DNA from: the human T2T-CHM13v2.0 reference genome, Homo sapiens | Reading direction: 5' to 3' (one strand) | DNA: 64,000 nucleotides | NCBI RefSeq assembly: GCF_009914755.1 | Contig: NC_060931.1 | In this document: positions 29,620 to 47,900 of the stretch, piece after piece | Position numbering within the stretch: the first letter of the stretch is position 1 | How the letters are laid out: each line of letters starts with the position of its first letter | The notes under the pieces: model-generated | The model's input: the letters and a program-made list of their open reading frames with translations, nothing else | Databases searched by the model: none | What the model was told of the DNA's origin: nothing | Position numbers and translations under genes: made by a program

Positions 29620-32615
29620 TCTGTCTAGTTTCCATATGAACATATTTCCTTTTTCAACATAGTCCTCAAAGGACTCAGAAATATCCGATTGTAGATTCCA
29701 CAAAAAGACTGTTTCCAACCACTGAATCAAAAAAAAAAGGTTCAACTCTTCGAGACTAATGCACACATCACAAAGAATTTTCCCAGAAAGATTCCATTTT
29801 CTATGTGAAGATATTTCCTTTTTCACCATAGTCCCAAAACCACTCACAATTATCCCTTCACAGATTCTACAAAAAGACTGTCTCCAAACTGCTCAAACAA
29901 AAGAAAGTTTCAACTCAGTGAGATGAATGCACACATAACATAGAAGTTTCTCAGAAAACTTCTGTCTACTTTTAAGTGAAGATAATTCCTTATTCACCAC
30001 AGGCCCCGAAGCAATCCAAATATGCCTTTGCAGATTCTACATAAACACTGTTTCCAAACTGCTCACTGAAAAGAAAGGTTCAAACCTGGGAGAGGAATGC
30101 ACACATCACAAAGTGGTTTCTCAGAAAGCTTCTGTATAGCTTTCATGTGAAGATATTTCCTTTTTCACCATACTCCCCAAATTGCTCAATGTATCCCATT
30201 GCAGATCCTACAAAAAGACTGTTTCAAAACTGATCAATCAAAACAAAGGTTCAACTCTGTGAGATGAAAGTACACCACACAGAGAACTTTATCAAAAACT
30301 TTCTGTCTAGATTTTATGTGAAGATATTTCCTTTTTCACCAGAGGCCTCAAACCCCTCACAAATATCTCTCTGCAGATTCTACAAAAAGATGGTTACCAA
30401 ACTTCTCAGTGAAGAGAAAGGTTCAACTCTGTGAGAGGAAAGCACATATCACAAGGGAGTTTCTCAGAAAGCTTCTGTCTAGTTTGTACGTGAAGTTCTT
30501 TCCTTTTTCACCAAAGTCCTCAAAGCGTACCAAATATCCATTAGCAGATTCTACAAAAAGATTGTTTCACTGCTGCTCAATCAAAAGATTCAACTCTGAG
30601 AGATGAGGGTGCACATTACAAAGGAGTTTCTCAGAAAGCTGAAGTCTAGTTTTTATGAGAAGATATTTCATTTTTCACCATAGCCCTCAAAGGGCTCACA
30701 ATTAACTCATTGCAGATTCTACAGAAAGACAGTTTCCAATCTGCTCAATCAAAAGAAAGTTCAACTGTGTGAGATGAAAGCACACATCACAAAGAAGTTT
30801 CTCAGAAATTTTCCGTCTAGCTTTTATGTGAAGATATTTCCATTTCCACCATGGGCCTCAAAGCACTCCAAATATCCATTTGCAGATTCTACAAAAAGAC
30901 TGTTTCCAAAGTGTTCAGTCAAAAGGAAGGTTGAGCTCTGTGAGATGAATGCACACATTGCAAAGGAGTCTCTCAGAAAGCTTCTGTCTAGTTTTAATGT
31001 GAAGATATTTCCTTTTTCACCATGGGCCTCAAAGCACTCCTAATATCCATTTGCAGATTCTACAAAAATACTCTTTCCAAACTGCTCAAACAAAAGAAAG
31101 GTTCAACACTATAAGACGAATGCACACATCACAAAGAAGTTTCTCAAAAATCCCCCATCTAATTTTTATGTGAAGATATTTCCTTTTTCACCATAGGCCC
31201 GAAACCACTCACGATTATCCCTCTGCAAATCCCAGAAAAAGAGTGTTTCCAAACTGCTCAATGAAAAGAAAGGTTCAATTCTGTGAGATGAATGCACACA
31301 TCACAAATAATTTTCTGAGAATGCTTCTTTCTAGTTTTTATGTGAAGATATTTCCTTTTTAACCATGGGCCACAAAGCTCTCCAAATATCCCTTGGCGGA
31401 TTCTGCAAATAGGTGTTTCCAAACTGCTCAAATCAAACAAAGGTTCAAATCTGTGAGATGAAAGCACATATCACAAAGGCGTTTCTCAGAAAACTTCTGT
31501 CTAGTTTTTAGGTGAAGATGTTTCCTATTTCACCATAGGCCTCAATGAGCTCTCAAATATCCTTTTGCAGATTCTACAAAAATACTGTCTACGAACTGCT
31601 CAATCCAAAGAAATTTTCAACTCTGTGAGATGAATGCACACATCACAAAGAGGTTTCTCAGAATGCTTCTAATTTTCATATGAAGATATTTCTCTTTCTC
31701 CATAGGCCTAAAGTCTTTCAGAAATAGCCCTTTGCAGATTGCACAAAAAGAATATATCCAAACTGCTCAATCAAAAGAAAGGTTCAAGTCTGTGATGTGA
31801 ATGCACACATCACAGAGAAGTTTCTCAGAAATCTTCTGTCTACTTTTCACGTGAATATATTTCCTTTTTCACCAAAGGGCTCAAAGTGCTCCAAATATCC
31901 TTTTGCAGACTCTACAAAAAGACTGTTTCCAAACTGCTCAATGAAAAGGAAGGGTCAAATCTGTGAGGTGAATGCACAAAACACAAACAAGTTTCTAAGA
32001 AAGATTCTGTCTAGTTTTTTTGTGAAGATATTTCCTTTTTCACCACAGGCCTCAAAGTGCTCCAAATACCCATTTGCAGATTCTACAAAAAGACTGTTTC
32101 CAAACTGTTCAATCAAAAGAATGGTTCAACTCTGAGAAAAGAAAGCACACATCAGAAAGAAGTTTCTCAGAAAGCTAAAGTCTAGTTTTTGTGTGAAGAT
32201 ATTTCGTTTTTCACCATGGGCCTCAAAGGGCTCACAAATATCCCTTTGCAGATTCTACAAAAAGATTGTTTCCAAACTGCTCAATTGAAAGAAATGTTCA
32301 ACAATGGAGATGAAAGCACACATCACAAAATAGTTTCTCAGAAAGTTTCTGTCTACTTTTGATGTGAAGATATTTATTTTTTCACAATACGCCACAAAGC
32401 ACTCCAAATATCTATCTGCAGATACTGTAAAAAGACTGTTTCCAAACTGCTCAATCAAAAGAAAGGTTCAACGCTGTGAGATGAATGCACACATCACAAA
32501 GAAGTTTCTCAGAATGCTTCTCTCTAGTTTTTATGTGACAATATTTCCTTTTCCACCGTAGTTTTGAAACCACTCAGAAATATCCCTCTGCAGTTTCTAT
32601 AAAAAGACTGTTTCC
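29620..32615 (-). repeat. Monomeric alpha satellite between the two L1s
   Basis: ~17.5 monomers in reverse orientation. Confidence 0.97.
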
Positions 32616-35914
<3,299 letters not shown>

Positions 35915-38900
35915 CAAAAGAAAGGTGCAACTCTCTGAGATAAATACACACATCACAAAGAAGTTTCTCAAACAGCTTCTGCCTAGTCTTTATTTGAAGA
36001 TATTTCCTTTTTAAACATAGGCCTCAAATTGCTCCAAGTATCCCTTTTCAGACACTACAAAAAGACTGTTTCAAAACTGATCAATCAAAAGAAAGGTTCA
36101 ACTCTGTGACATGAAAGCACACAACATAGAGTAGTTTCTCAGAAACCCTTTGTCTAGTTTTTATGTGAAGATATTTCCTTTTTCAACATAGATCTCAATG
36201 GGCTCACAAATAGCCCTTTGCAGATTCTACAAAAAGACTGTTTCCAAAATGCTCAATCTAAAGAAAGGTTCAACTCCGTGAAATTAATGGACACATCACA
36301 AAGAAGTTTCTCAGAAACCTTCTGTCTATTTTTTAGGTGAAGATATTTCCTTTTTCACCGTACACCTCAAAGAAATCAAAAATATCCCTTTGCAGATACT
36401 ACAAAAAGACTGCTTCCAAACTGCTCAATCAAAAGAAAAGATCAACTCTGTGAGATGAATGCACACATCACAAAGAAGTTTCTCGGAATGCTTCTTTCTA
36501 GTTTTTAAGTGAAGATGTTACCTTTTGCCCATAGACACCAAACCACTCACAAATATCCCTTCGCAGATTCTACAAAAAGACTGTCTGCAAACTACTCAAA
36601 CAAAAGAAAGTTTCAACTCAGTGAGGTGAATGCACACATAACAAAGAAGTTTCTCAGAAAACTTCTGTTTACTTTTATGTGAAGATATTTCCTTATTCAA
36701 TGCAGGCCAAAAGCACTCCAAATATCCCTTTGCAGATTCTACAAAAACACTGTTTCCAAACTTCTCAGTGATAAGAAATATTCAACTCTGGGAGATGAAT
36801 GTACACATCACAAAGAAGTTTCTCAGAAAGCTCCTGTCTAGTTTTTATGTGAAGATATGTCCTTATTCACCATAGGCCACAAAGCGCTCCAAATATCCCT
36901 TTGCAGTTTCTACGAAGAGTGTTTCCAAGCTGCTCAATGAACAGAAAGGTGTCAACTCTGGGAGATGAATGCACACATCACGAAGCAGTTTCTCATAAGG
37001 CTTCTGTCTAGTTTTTAGGTGAAGATATTACCTTTTTCTTCATAGGACTAAAAGCGTTCTAAATATCCCTTTGCAGATTCTGCAAAAAGACTCTTTCCAA
37101 ACTGATCAATGTAAACAAAGTTCAACTCTGTGAGATGAAAGCACACAACACAGAGAAGTTTCTCAGAAAGCTTCTGTCTAGTTTTTATGTGAAGATATTT
37201 CCTTTTTCAACATAGGCCTAAAAGGGGTCACAAACATCCCTTTGCAGATTCTGCAAAAAGAGAGTTTCCAAACTTCTCAATAAAAAGAAAGTTTCAACAC
37301 TGTGAGATGAAAGCCCACATCACAAAGAAGTTTCTCAGAAAGCTTCTGTCTAGTTCTTATGTGACGATGTTTCCTTTTTCACTATAAGCCTAAATGGGAT
37401 CAAAATGTCCCTTCGCAGATAGTACAAAAAGACTGTCTACAAAATCTACAAACTGCTCAAAGAAAAGAAAGGTTCAACTCTGTGAGATGAATGCATACAT
37501 CACAAAGAAGTTTATCAGAAAGCTTCTGTTTAGTTTTTATGTGAAGATATTTCTTTTTCACTGTAGGCCTCAAAGCACTCACAAATATCCGTTTTCAGAT
37601 TCTATAAAAAGGCTGTTTCCAAACTGCTCAATGAAAAGAAAGCTTCAACTCTGTTAGATGAATGCACACTTCACAAAACTTTCTCAGGAAGTTTCCATGT
37701 AGTTTTTATGTGAAGATATTTCCTTTTTCAGCATAGGCCTCAAAGCTCTCCAAATATCCATTTGCAGATTCTGCGTAAAGACTGTTTCCAAACTGCTCAA
37801 TGAAAAGTTACCTTCAACTCTGTGAGACTAATGCACACATCACAAAGTAATTTCTCAGGAAACTTCTGTCTAGTTTTTATGTGAAGATATTTCGTTTTTC
37901 ACCATAGGCTTCAAAGCACTCCAAATATCCATTTGCAGATTCTAAAAAAGACTGTTTCCAAACTGCTCAATGAAAAGAAAGCTTGAATTCTGTGAGATGA
38001 ATGCACACATCACAAAGAGTATCTCAGAAAGTTCTATCTAGTTCTAGTTTGAAGATACTTCCTTTTTCACCATAGGCCTCAAAGAACTCCAACTGTCCCT
38101 TTGTAGATTCTACAAAAAGACTACTGTCTCCAAAATGATCAATCAAAAGAAAGGTTCAAATCCGTGAGATGAATGCACACATCACAAAGAAGTTTCTCAG
38201 ACAGCCTCTGTCTAGTTTTTATGTGAAGATATATCCTTTTTCACCATAGACCTCAAATGGCTCACTAATATCCCTTTGCAGATACTACAAAAAGACTGTT
38301 TCCAAAATGCTCAATCAAAAGAAAGATGCAACTCTGTTAGATGAATACACACATCACAAAGAAGATTCTCAAAAAGCTTCTGTCTAGTTTTAATGTGAAG
38401 ATTTTTCCTTGTTCACCATAGGCCATGATGCACTCTAAATATCCATCTGGAGATTCTACAAAAACACTGTCTCCAAACTGCTCAAGCAAAGCAAAGGTTC
38501 AATTCTATGAGTTGAATGCACACATCAAAAAGAAGTTTCTCAGAAAGCTTCTGTCTAGGTTTCAAGTGAAGATATTTGCTTTTTCACCATAGGTCTCAAA
38601 CCGCTCACAAATATCCCTTTACAGATACTACAAAAACACTGTTTCCAAACTACTCACTCAAAAGAAAGATTCAACTCTGTTATATGAATGCACACATCAC
38701 AAAGAAGTTTCTCAGAAAGCTTCTGTCTAGTTTTTATGTGAAGATATTTCCTTTTTCACTGTAGGCCACAATGCACTCTAAATATCCATTTTCAGATTCT
38801 AAAACAGACTGTTTCGAAATTGCTCAATGAAAAGAAAGTTTGAACTCTGTGAGGTGAATGCACACATCATAAAGAAGTTTCTCAGAAAGCATCTGTCTAG

Positions 38901-41900
38901 TTTTTCTATGAAGATATTTCATTTTTCACCACATGCCTCAAAGCGCTCACAAATATCCCTTGGCAGATTCTACAAAAAGACGGTTTCCAAACTGCTCAAT
39001 CAACACAAAGCTTCAACTCTGTGAGATGAATGCACACATCACTAAGAAGTTTCTCGGAAACCTTCTGTCTATTTTTTACATGAAGATATTTATTTATTCA
39101 CCCCAGGCCCAAAACTGCTCCAAATATCCCTTTGCAGATTCTACAAAAAGGCTGTTTCCAAACTACTCAGTGAAAAGGAAACTTCAACTCCATGAGATGA
39201 ATGGGCACGTCACAAAGAAGTTTCTCAGAAGCCTTCTGGCTAGTTTTTATGTGAACATATTTCCTTTTTTACCATGGGACTCAAAGCAATAACAAATATC
39301 CCTTTGCACATTCTACAAAAAGTCTATTTCCAAACTGCTCAATCTAAGGAATGGTTCAACTCTGTGAGATGAATGCTCACATCATAAATTACTTTCTCAG
39401 AAATCTGCTGTCTAGTTTTGATGTGAAGATATTTCATTTTTCACCATAGGCCTCAAACCGCTCACAAATACCCCGGTGCAGATTCTTCAAAAAGACTGTT
39501 TCCAAACTGCTTAATCAAAATAAAGTTGAAACTCTGTGAAATGTTTGCACACATCCAAAGAAATTTCTCAGAAAGCTTCTGTCTAGTTTTTATGTGAAAA
39601 TATTTCATTTTTCACCATAAATCTCAAAGCGATCACAAATATCCTTTTGTAGATTGTACAAAAAGACTGCTTCCAAACTGCTCAATCAAGAGAATGGTTC
39701 AACTTTGTGAGATGAATGCACACATCACAAGGTAGTTTCTCAGAATGCTTCTTTCTATTTTTTAGGTGAGGATATTTTCTTTTTCACCATAGACCCTAAA
39801 TCGCTCAGAAATCTACAGAATCTACAGAATCTTCTGAATCCTTGCAGAATCTACAAAAAGAATCTACAAAAAGAAAGTCTCCAAACAGCTCAATCAAAGG
39901 AAATCTTCAACTCTGTGAGATGAATACAGACATCACAAAGAAATTTCTCAGAAAGCTTCTGTGAAGTTTTTTTGTGAAGATGTTTCATTTTTCACCGTAG
40001 ACCTCAAAGAACTCTCAGTATCCATTTGGAGATTCTACAAAAAGAGAGTTTCCAAACTGTTTCCAATAGAAAGGTTCAAATCTGTGAGGTGAATGTACAC
40101 ATCACAAAGAAGTTTCTCAGAAAGCTTCTGTCTATTTTTTATGTGATGATATTTCTTTTTTCACCAAAGGACTCTAAGTGCTCTAAACATCCATTTGCAG
40201 ATTCTACAAAAAGAGTGTTTCCAAGCTGCTCAATTAAAATAAAGGTTTAACTCTATGAGATCTACACACACATCACAAAGAAGTTTCTCAGAAACCTTCT
40301 GTCTAGTTTTTATGTGAAGATATTTTGTTTTTCACCTTACATCTCAAAACACACAAAATATCTCTAGGTAAATTCTACAAAAAGTCTGTTTCCAAACTGC
40401 TCAATCAAAAGAAACTTTCAACTCTGTAAGATGAATGCACACATCACAAAGAAGTTTCTCAAAATGCTTCTGTCTAGTTTTTATGTGAAGATATTTGCTT
40501 TTTCACCATAGGCCTCAAATTGCTCCAAATATACCTTTGAACATTCTACAGAGTGTTTCCAAACTGATCAATCAAAAGAAAGGTTCACATCTGTGAGATG
40601 AAAGCAAACCTCTCAAGGAAGTTTCTCAGAAAGCTTCTCTCTAGTTTTTATGTGAAGATATTTCATTTTTCACCATAGGCCCCAAACTGCTCACAAATAT
40701 CCCTTTGCAGATTCTATGAAAAGACTGTTTCAAAACTGCTCAATCCAAAGAAATGTTCAATCTGTGAGATGAATGCACACATCAAAAAGAAGTTTCTCAG
40801 ACAGCTTATGTCTAGTTTTCATGTGAATATTTTCCTTATTCACCATAGTCCCCAAAGAGCTCTAAAAATCCCTTAGCTGATTCTACAGAAAGACAGTTTC
40901 CAAACTACTCAATAAAAATAAAGGTTCAACCCTGTGAGATGAATGCACATATCACAAAGAAGTTTCTCAAAATGCTTCTGTCAAGTTTTTATGTGAAGAC
41001 ATTTCCTTTTTCAGTATAGGCCTCAGAGCACTCCAAATATCAATTTGCAGATTCTACAAAAAGACTGTTTCCAAACTTTTCAATTAAAGTAATGATTCAA
41101 CTCTGTGTAATGAAAGCACACATCACAAAGAATTTCCTCCGAAAAATTTTGTCTAGTTTATATATGAAGATATTTCCTTTTTCACATTAGGCCTCAAAGC
41201 ACTCGAAATATCCCTTTGCAGATACTACAAAAAGACTGTTGCAAACTGCTCAATTGAAATGAAGATTCAACTCTGTGAGATGAATGCACAAGTCACAAAG
41301 AAGTTTCTCATAACGCTTCTGTCTGGTTTTTATGTGAAGATACTTGCTTTTTCATCATAGGCCTCAAAGCCCTCCTAATATCTCTTGGCAATTTCTACAT
41401 AAAGACTCTTTCCAAGCTGCTCAATCAAAAGAAAGTTTCAACTCCATGAGATGAAAGCCCACATCACAAAGAAATTTCTCAGAAAGCTTCTGTCTTGTTT
41501 TTCTGTGCAGATATTTCCTTTTTCACTATAGGCTCCATACTGCTCACAATTATCCCTTTGCATATTCTACAAAAAGACTGTTTCCAAACTGCTCAATCAA
41601 AAGAAAGCTTCAACTAAGTGAGTTGAATGCACACATCACAAAGAAGTTTCACAAAAAGCTTCTGTCTAGTTTTTATGTGAAGATATTTCCTTATTCAACA
41701 CAGGCCACAAAGGGCTCAAAATATCCCTTTGCAGATTCTACACAAAGACTTTTTCCAAACTATTCAATGAAAAGCAAGATTCAACTCTGTTAGATGAATG
41801 CAAACATCAAAAAGATGTTTCTCAGAACGCTTCTGTCTGGTTTTTATGTGAAGATATTTGCTTTTTCACCATAGGTCTTGAAGTGCTCCAAATATCTCTT

Positions 41901-44900
41901 GGAAAATTCTACAAAAAGACCTTTTCAAAACTGCTCAATTGAAAGAAATGTTCAACTCTGTGAGATGGATGCAATTATCACAAAGAAGTTTCTCTCCAAG
42001 CTTCTGTGTAGTTTTTATATGAAGATATTTCCTTTTTCACCATAGGACTTAAACCGCTCAGAAACGTCCCTTTGCAGATTCTACAAAAAGACTCTTTCCA
42101 AACTTCTTAATCAAAAGAAAGCTTCAACTCTGTGAGATGAATGCACACATGAAAAAGAAGTTTCTCAGAAAACCTCTGTCAAGTTTTTATTTGAAGATAT
42201 TTGCTTTTTCACCACAGACCTCAAAGTGTTCCACGTATCCCTTTGCAGATTCTACAAAAAGACTGTTTCCAAACTGTTCAATAAAAGGAAAGTTTGAACT
42301 GGTGAGATAAATGCACACATCAGAAAGATGTTTCTCAGAATGCTTCTGTCTACTTTTTAAGTGAAGATATTTCCTCTTTCACCAATTGGTCCCAAACTGC
42401 TCACAAATATCCCTTTGAAGATTCTACAAAAAGACTGTTTCCAAATTGCTCAATCAAAACAAAGCTTCAACCCTGTGAGATGAATGCACACATCACAAAG
42501 ATGTTTCACAAAAAACTTCTGTCTACTTTTTATGTGAAGGTATTTCCTTAGTCACCACAGGCCCCAAAGCGCTCCAAATATCCATTTGCAAATTCTACAA
42601 AAAGACTGTTTACAAACTGCTCTATCAAAAGAATGGTTCTACTCTGTGAGATGAATGTACACATCACAAAGAAGTTTCTCAAAAAGCTTCTGTCTAGTTT
42701 TTATGTGAGGATATTTCCTTTTTCACCGTAGGCCTCAAAGTGCTCACAATTATCCCTTAGCAGATTCTACAAAAAGACTGTTTCCAAACTGCTCAATCAA
42801 AAGGAAGGTTCAACTCTGTGAGATGAATGCACACATCACAAAGAAGTTTCTCTGAAAGCTTCTGTCTAGTTTTCATTTGAAGATATTTCCTTTTTCACCA
42901 TAGGCCTCAAACTGCCCATACATATCTCTTTGCAGATTCTACAAAAAGACTGTATCCAAAGTGCTCAAACAAAAGAAAGTTTCAACTCTGGGAGATGAAT
43001 TTCCCCATCACAAAGAAGTGTCTCAGAAAGCTTCTGTCTATTTTTAATGTAAAGATATTTCCTTTTTCACCATAGGCCTCAAAGCTCTCCAAATATCCTT
43101 TGGCGGATCCTACAAAAACACTGTCTTCAAAGTGCTCAATCAAAAGAAAGCTTCAACCCTGGGAGATGAATCCCCATATCACAAATAAGTGTTTCAGAAA
43201 ATTTCTGTCTAATTTTTATGTGACGATATTTCCTTTTTCACCATAGGCCTCAAAGTGCTCCAAATATCCTTTGGCAGATTCTACCAAAAGACTGTTTCCA
43301 AACTGCCCAATCAAAAGAAAGGATGAACTCTGGGAGATAAATCCACACATCACAAAGAAGTTTCTCGGAAGTCTTCTGTCCAGTTTTTATGTGAAGATAT
43401 TTCCTTTTTCACCATAGGCTTCAAACTGCTCAAAAATATCTCTTTGCAGATTATACAAAAAGACTGTTTCCGAACTGCTTAATCTATGGAAAGGTTCAGC
43501 TCTGGGAGATGAAAGTACACATCACTATGAAGTTTGTCAGAAAGCTTCTGCCTAGGTTTTATGTGAAGATATTCCCTTTTTCACCAGAGGCTTCAATGTA
43601 CTCCAAATATCCCTTGGTGGATCCTAGAAAAAGACTGTTTCCAAACAGCCCAATCAAAAGAAAGGTTCAACTCTTTGAGATGAAAAGACACATCACAAAG
43701 TACTTTCTCTGAAATCTTCTGTCTAATTTATATGTGAAGATTAGGCTTATTCACAATAGGCCTCAAAGCACTCCAAGTATTCCTTTGCAGATTCTACAAA
43801 AAGACTCTGTCCAAACTGCTCAAGCAAAAGAATGGTTCTTCTCTGTGAGCGGAATGCACACATCACAAACACGTTTCTCAGAATGCTTGTCTACTTTTTT
43901 TGTGAGGATATTTCACTTTGCACCATAGGCCTCAAGCTGCTCACAAATATGCCTTGCGGATTCTAGAAAAAGATTGTTTCAAAACTGCCCAACTAAAGAA
44001 AGTTCCAAATCAGTGAGCTGAATGCACACATCACAAAGAACTTTCTCAAAAAGCTTATGTCTAATTTTTATGTGAAGATATTTACTTTTTCACCATAGGC
44101 CTCAAAGCACTCACAAATATCCCTTTGCAGATTCCACAAAAAGACTGATTCCAAACTACTTAATCAAAACAAAGTTTACACTCTGTGAGATGAATGCACA
44201 CATCACTAGGAAGTTTCTCAGAAAGCTTCTGTCTAGTTTCGATTTGAAGATATTTCCTTTTTCACCATAAGCCTCAAAGTGCTCCAAGTATCTCTTTGCA
44301 GATTCTACAAAAAACACTGTTCCCAAACTTATCAATCAAAAGGAAGACTCAACTCTGTGTGATGAAACCACACATCACAAATAAGTTTTTTGGAAATCTT
44401 CTGTATAGTTTTTATGTGAAGGTATTTTCTTATTCACTGTAGGCCTCAAAGCACTCCAAATATCCTGTTGCAGATTCTACAAAAAGACTGTTTCCAAACT
44501 GCTCAATCAAAAGAAAGGTTCAACTCTGTGAGATGAATGCACACCTCACAAAGAAGTTTTTCAGAAAACTTCTGTCTAGTTTTTATGTGAAGATATATCA
44601 TTTTTCAAAAATGCACCTCAAATCACTCCAAATATCCCTTGGCAGATTCTACAAAAATACCGTTTCTAAACGGCACAACCAGAAGAAAACTTCAAGTCTT
44701 CTAGGTGAATGCACACATGACAAAAAAGTTTCTTATAAAGCTTCTGTCTACTTTTTATATGAAGATATTTCCTTTTTCACCATAGGCCTCCAACTACTCA
44801 CAAATATCCTTTTGCAGATTATACAAAAAGATTGTTTCCAAACTGCTCAACCAGAGGAAATGTTCATCTCTGTGTAGATGAATGCAAACACCACAAAGAA

Positions 44901-47900
44901 GTTTCTCACAATGCTTCTGTCTAGTTTTTGGGTGAAGATATATCCTTTTTCACCATAGGCCTCAAACCGCTCAGAAATACACTTTGCAGATTCTACAAAC
45001 AGACTGTTTCCAAACTGCTCAATGAAAAGAAAGGTTCAACTCTGTGAGATGAATGCACACATCACAAAGAAGTTTCTCAGAATGCTTCTGTCTATTTTTT
45101 ATGTGAATATATTTCCTTTTTTACCATATGCCTCAAAGCACTAACAAATATCCCTTTGCAAATTCCACAAAAATTTTGTTTCCAAACTGCTCAATCAAAA
45201 GAAATGTTCATTCACCATAGACCTCAAACTGCTCAGAAATACACTTTGCAGATTCTACAAACAGACTCTTTCCAAACTCCTCAATGAAAAGAAAGGTTCA
45301 ACTCTGTGAGACGAATGCACACATCACAAAGAAGTTTCTCAGAATGTTTCTGTCTATTTTTTATATGAATATGTTTCCTTTTTTGCCATAGGCCTCAAAG
45401 CACTAATAAATATCCCTTTGCAGATTCCACAAAAAGATTGTTTCCAAACTGCTCAATCAAAAGAAATGTTCAACTCTGTGAGATGAATGCCAACATCACA
45501 AAGAAGTTTCTCACAATGTTTCTGTCTAGTTTTTGGGTGAAGATATTTCCTTTTTCACCATAGGCCTCAAACTGCTCAGAAATACACTTTGCAGATTCTA
45601 CAAACAGACTGTTTCCAAACTGCTCAATGAAAAGAAAGGTTCAACTCTGTGAGACGAATGCACACATCACAAAGAAGTTTCTCAGAATGCTTCTGTCTAT
45701 TTTTTATGTGAATACATTTCCTTTTTTACCATAGGCCTCAAAGCACTAACAAATATCCCTTTGCAGTTTCCACAAGAAGATTGTTTCCAAACTGCTCAAT
45801 GAAAAGAAAGGTTCAACTCTGTGAGACGAATGCACACATCACAAAGAAGTTTCTCAGAATGCTTCTGTCTATTTTTTATATGAATACATTTCCTTTTTTA
45901 CCATAGGCCTCAAAGCACTAACAAATATCCCTTTGCAGTTTCCACAAGAAGATTGTTTCCAAACTGCTCAATCAAAAGAAATGTTCAACTCTGTGAGATG
46001 AATGCAAACATCACAAAGAAGTTTCTCACAATGCTTCTGTCTAGTTTTTGGGTGAAGATATTTCCTTTTTCACCATAGGCCCTAATCCGCTCAAAGTTAC
46101 CCTTTGCAGATTTTAGAAACAGACTCTTTCCAAACCGCTCAATCAAAAGAAAGGTTCAACTCTGTGAGATGAAGTCACACATGAGAAAAAAAGTTTTTCA
46201 GAAAGCTTCTGTCTAGTTTTTATGTGAAGATATTTCCTTATTCACCATAGGCCTCAAAGCACTCCAAATATTGCTTTGCAGAATCTACAAAGAGACTATT
46301 TCCAAACTGGTCAGCCAAAGCAAAGGTTCAACTCTGTGAGAGGAATACACATAACACAAATAAGTTTCTCAAAATCTTCTGTCTACTTTTTATGGGAAGA
46401 TATTTTCTTATCACCACAGACCTCAAGCTGCTCAGAAGTAACCCTTTGCAGACTCTACAACAAGACAGTTTCCAAACTGATCAATCAATGGAAAGGATCA
46501 ACTCTGTGAGATGAATGCACACATCACAAAGAAGTTTCTCAGAAAGCTTCTGTCTAGTTTTTATGTGACGATGTTTCCTTTTTCACTATAAGCCTAAATG
46601 GGATCAAAATATCCCTTCGCAGATAGTACAAAAAGACTGTCTACAAAATCTACAAACTGCTCAATGAAAAGAAAGTTTCAACTCTGTGAGACGAAACCGA
46701 ACATCACAAAGAAGTTCCTCAGAATGCTTCTGTCTAGTTTTTATGTGAAGATATTTATTTTTTCACCATAGGCCTCAAAGCACTCAAAAATATCCCTTTG
46801 TAGATTCTACAAAAAGACTCTTTTCAAACTGCTCAATCAAAAGAAAAGTTCAACTCAGTGAGATGAATGCACACGTCACAAAGAAGTTTCCCAGAATGCT
46901 TCTGTCTAGTATTTACCTGAAGATATTTCCTTTTTCACCATATACCTCAAACTGCTCACGAATATCCCTTTGTGGATTTTACAAAAAGACTGTTTCCAAA
47001 CTCCTCAATCAAAAGAATAGTTCATCTCTGCGAGATGAAGCAGACGTCACAAAGAAGTTTCTCAGAAAGCTTCTGTCTACTTTGTATGTGAAGGTATTTA
47101 CTTTTTCACCATAGGCCTCAAACTGCTCACATATATCCCTTTGCAGATTCTACAAAAAGACTATTTCCAAACTGCTCAATTAAAAGAAAGGTTCAACTAT
47201 GTGTGATGAATGCACACATCACAATGAAGTGTGTCAGGAGACTTCTGTCTGGGTTTTATGTGAAGATATTTCCTTTTTCACCATAGGCTTCATACCAATC
47301 AAAATTACCCTTTGCAGATTCTACAAACACACTGTTTCCAAACTGTTCCATCAAAAGAAAGGTTCAACTCTGTGAGATGAATGCACACATCACAAGGAAG
47401 TTTCTCAGAATGCTTCTGTCTACTTTTTATGTGAAGATATTTCCCTTTACACTATAGGCCTCAAACTACTCCCAGTATCCGTTTGCAGATTCTACAAAAA
47501 GACTGTTTGCAATCTCCTAAATCAAAAGAAATGTTCAACTCTGTGAGATGAAAGCACACATCACAAAGAAATTTCTCAGAAAGCTTATATCTAGTTTTTA
47601 TGTCAGGATATTTCCTTTTTCATCAAAGGCCTCAAAGTGCTCAGAAATAACCCTTTATGGATTCTACCTAAAGACTATTTCCAAAGAGCTCAAACAAAAG
47701 TAAGGTTCAATTCTGTGAGATGAATGTACATATCACAAAGCAGTTTCTCAGAAAACTTATGTCTAGTTTTTATGTAAAGATAGTTCCTTTTTCACCGTAG
47801 GCCTCAAAACGTCCCACATATTCATTTGCAGATTGCACAAAAAGACTGTTTCCAAACTGCTCAATCAAGAGAAAGGTTCATATCTGTGATACTAAATCAC

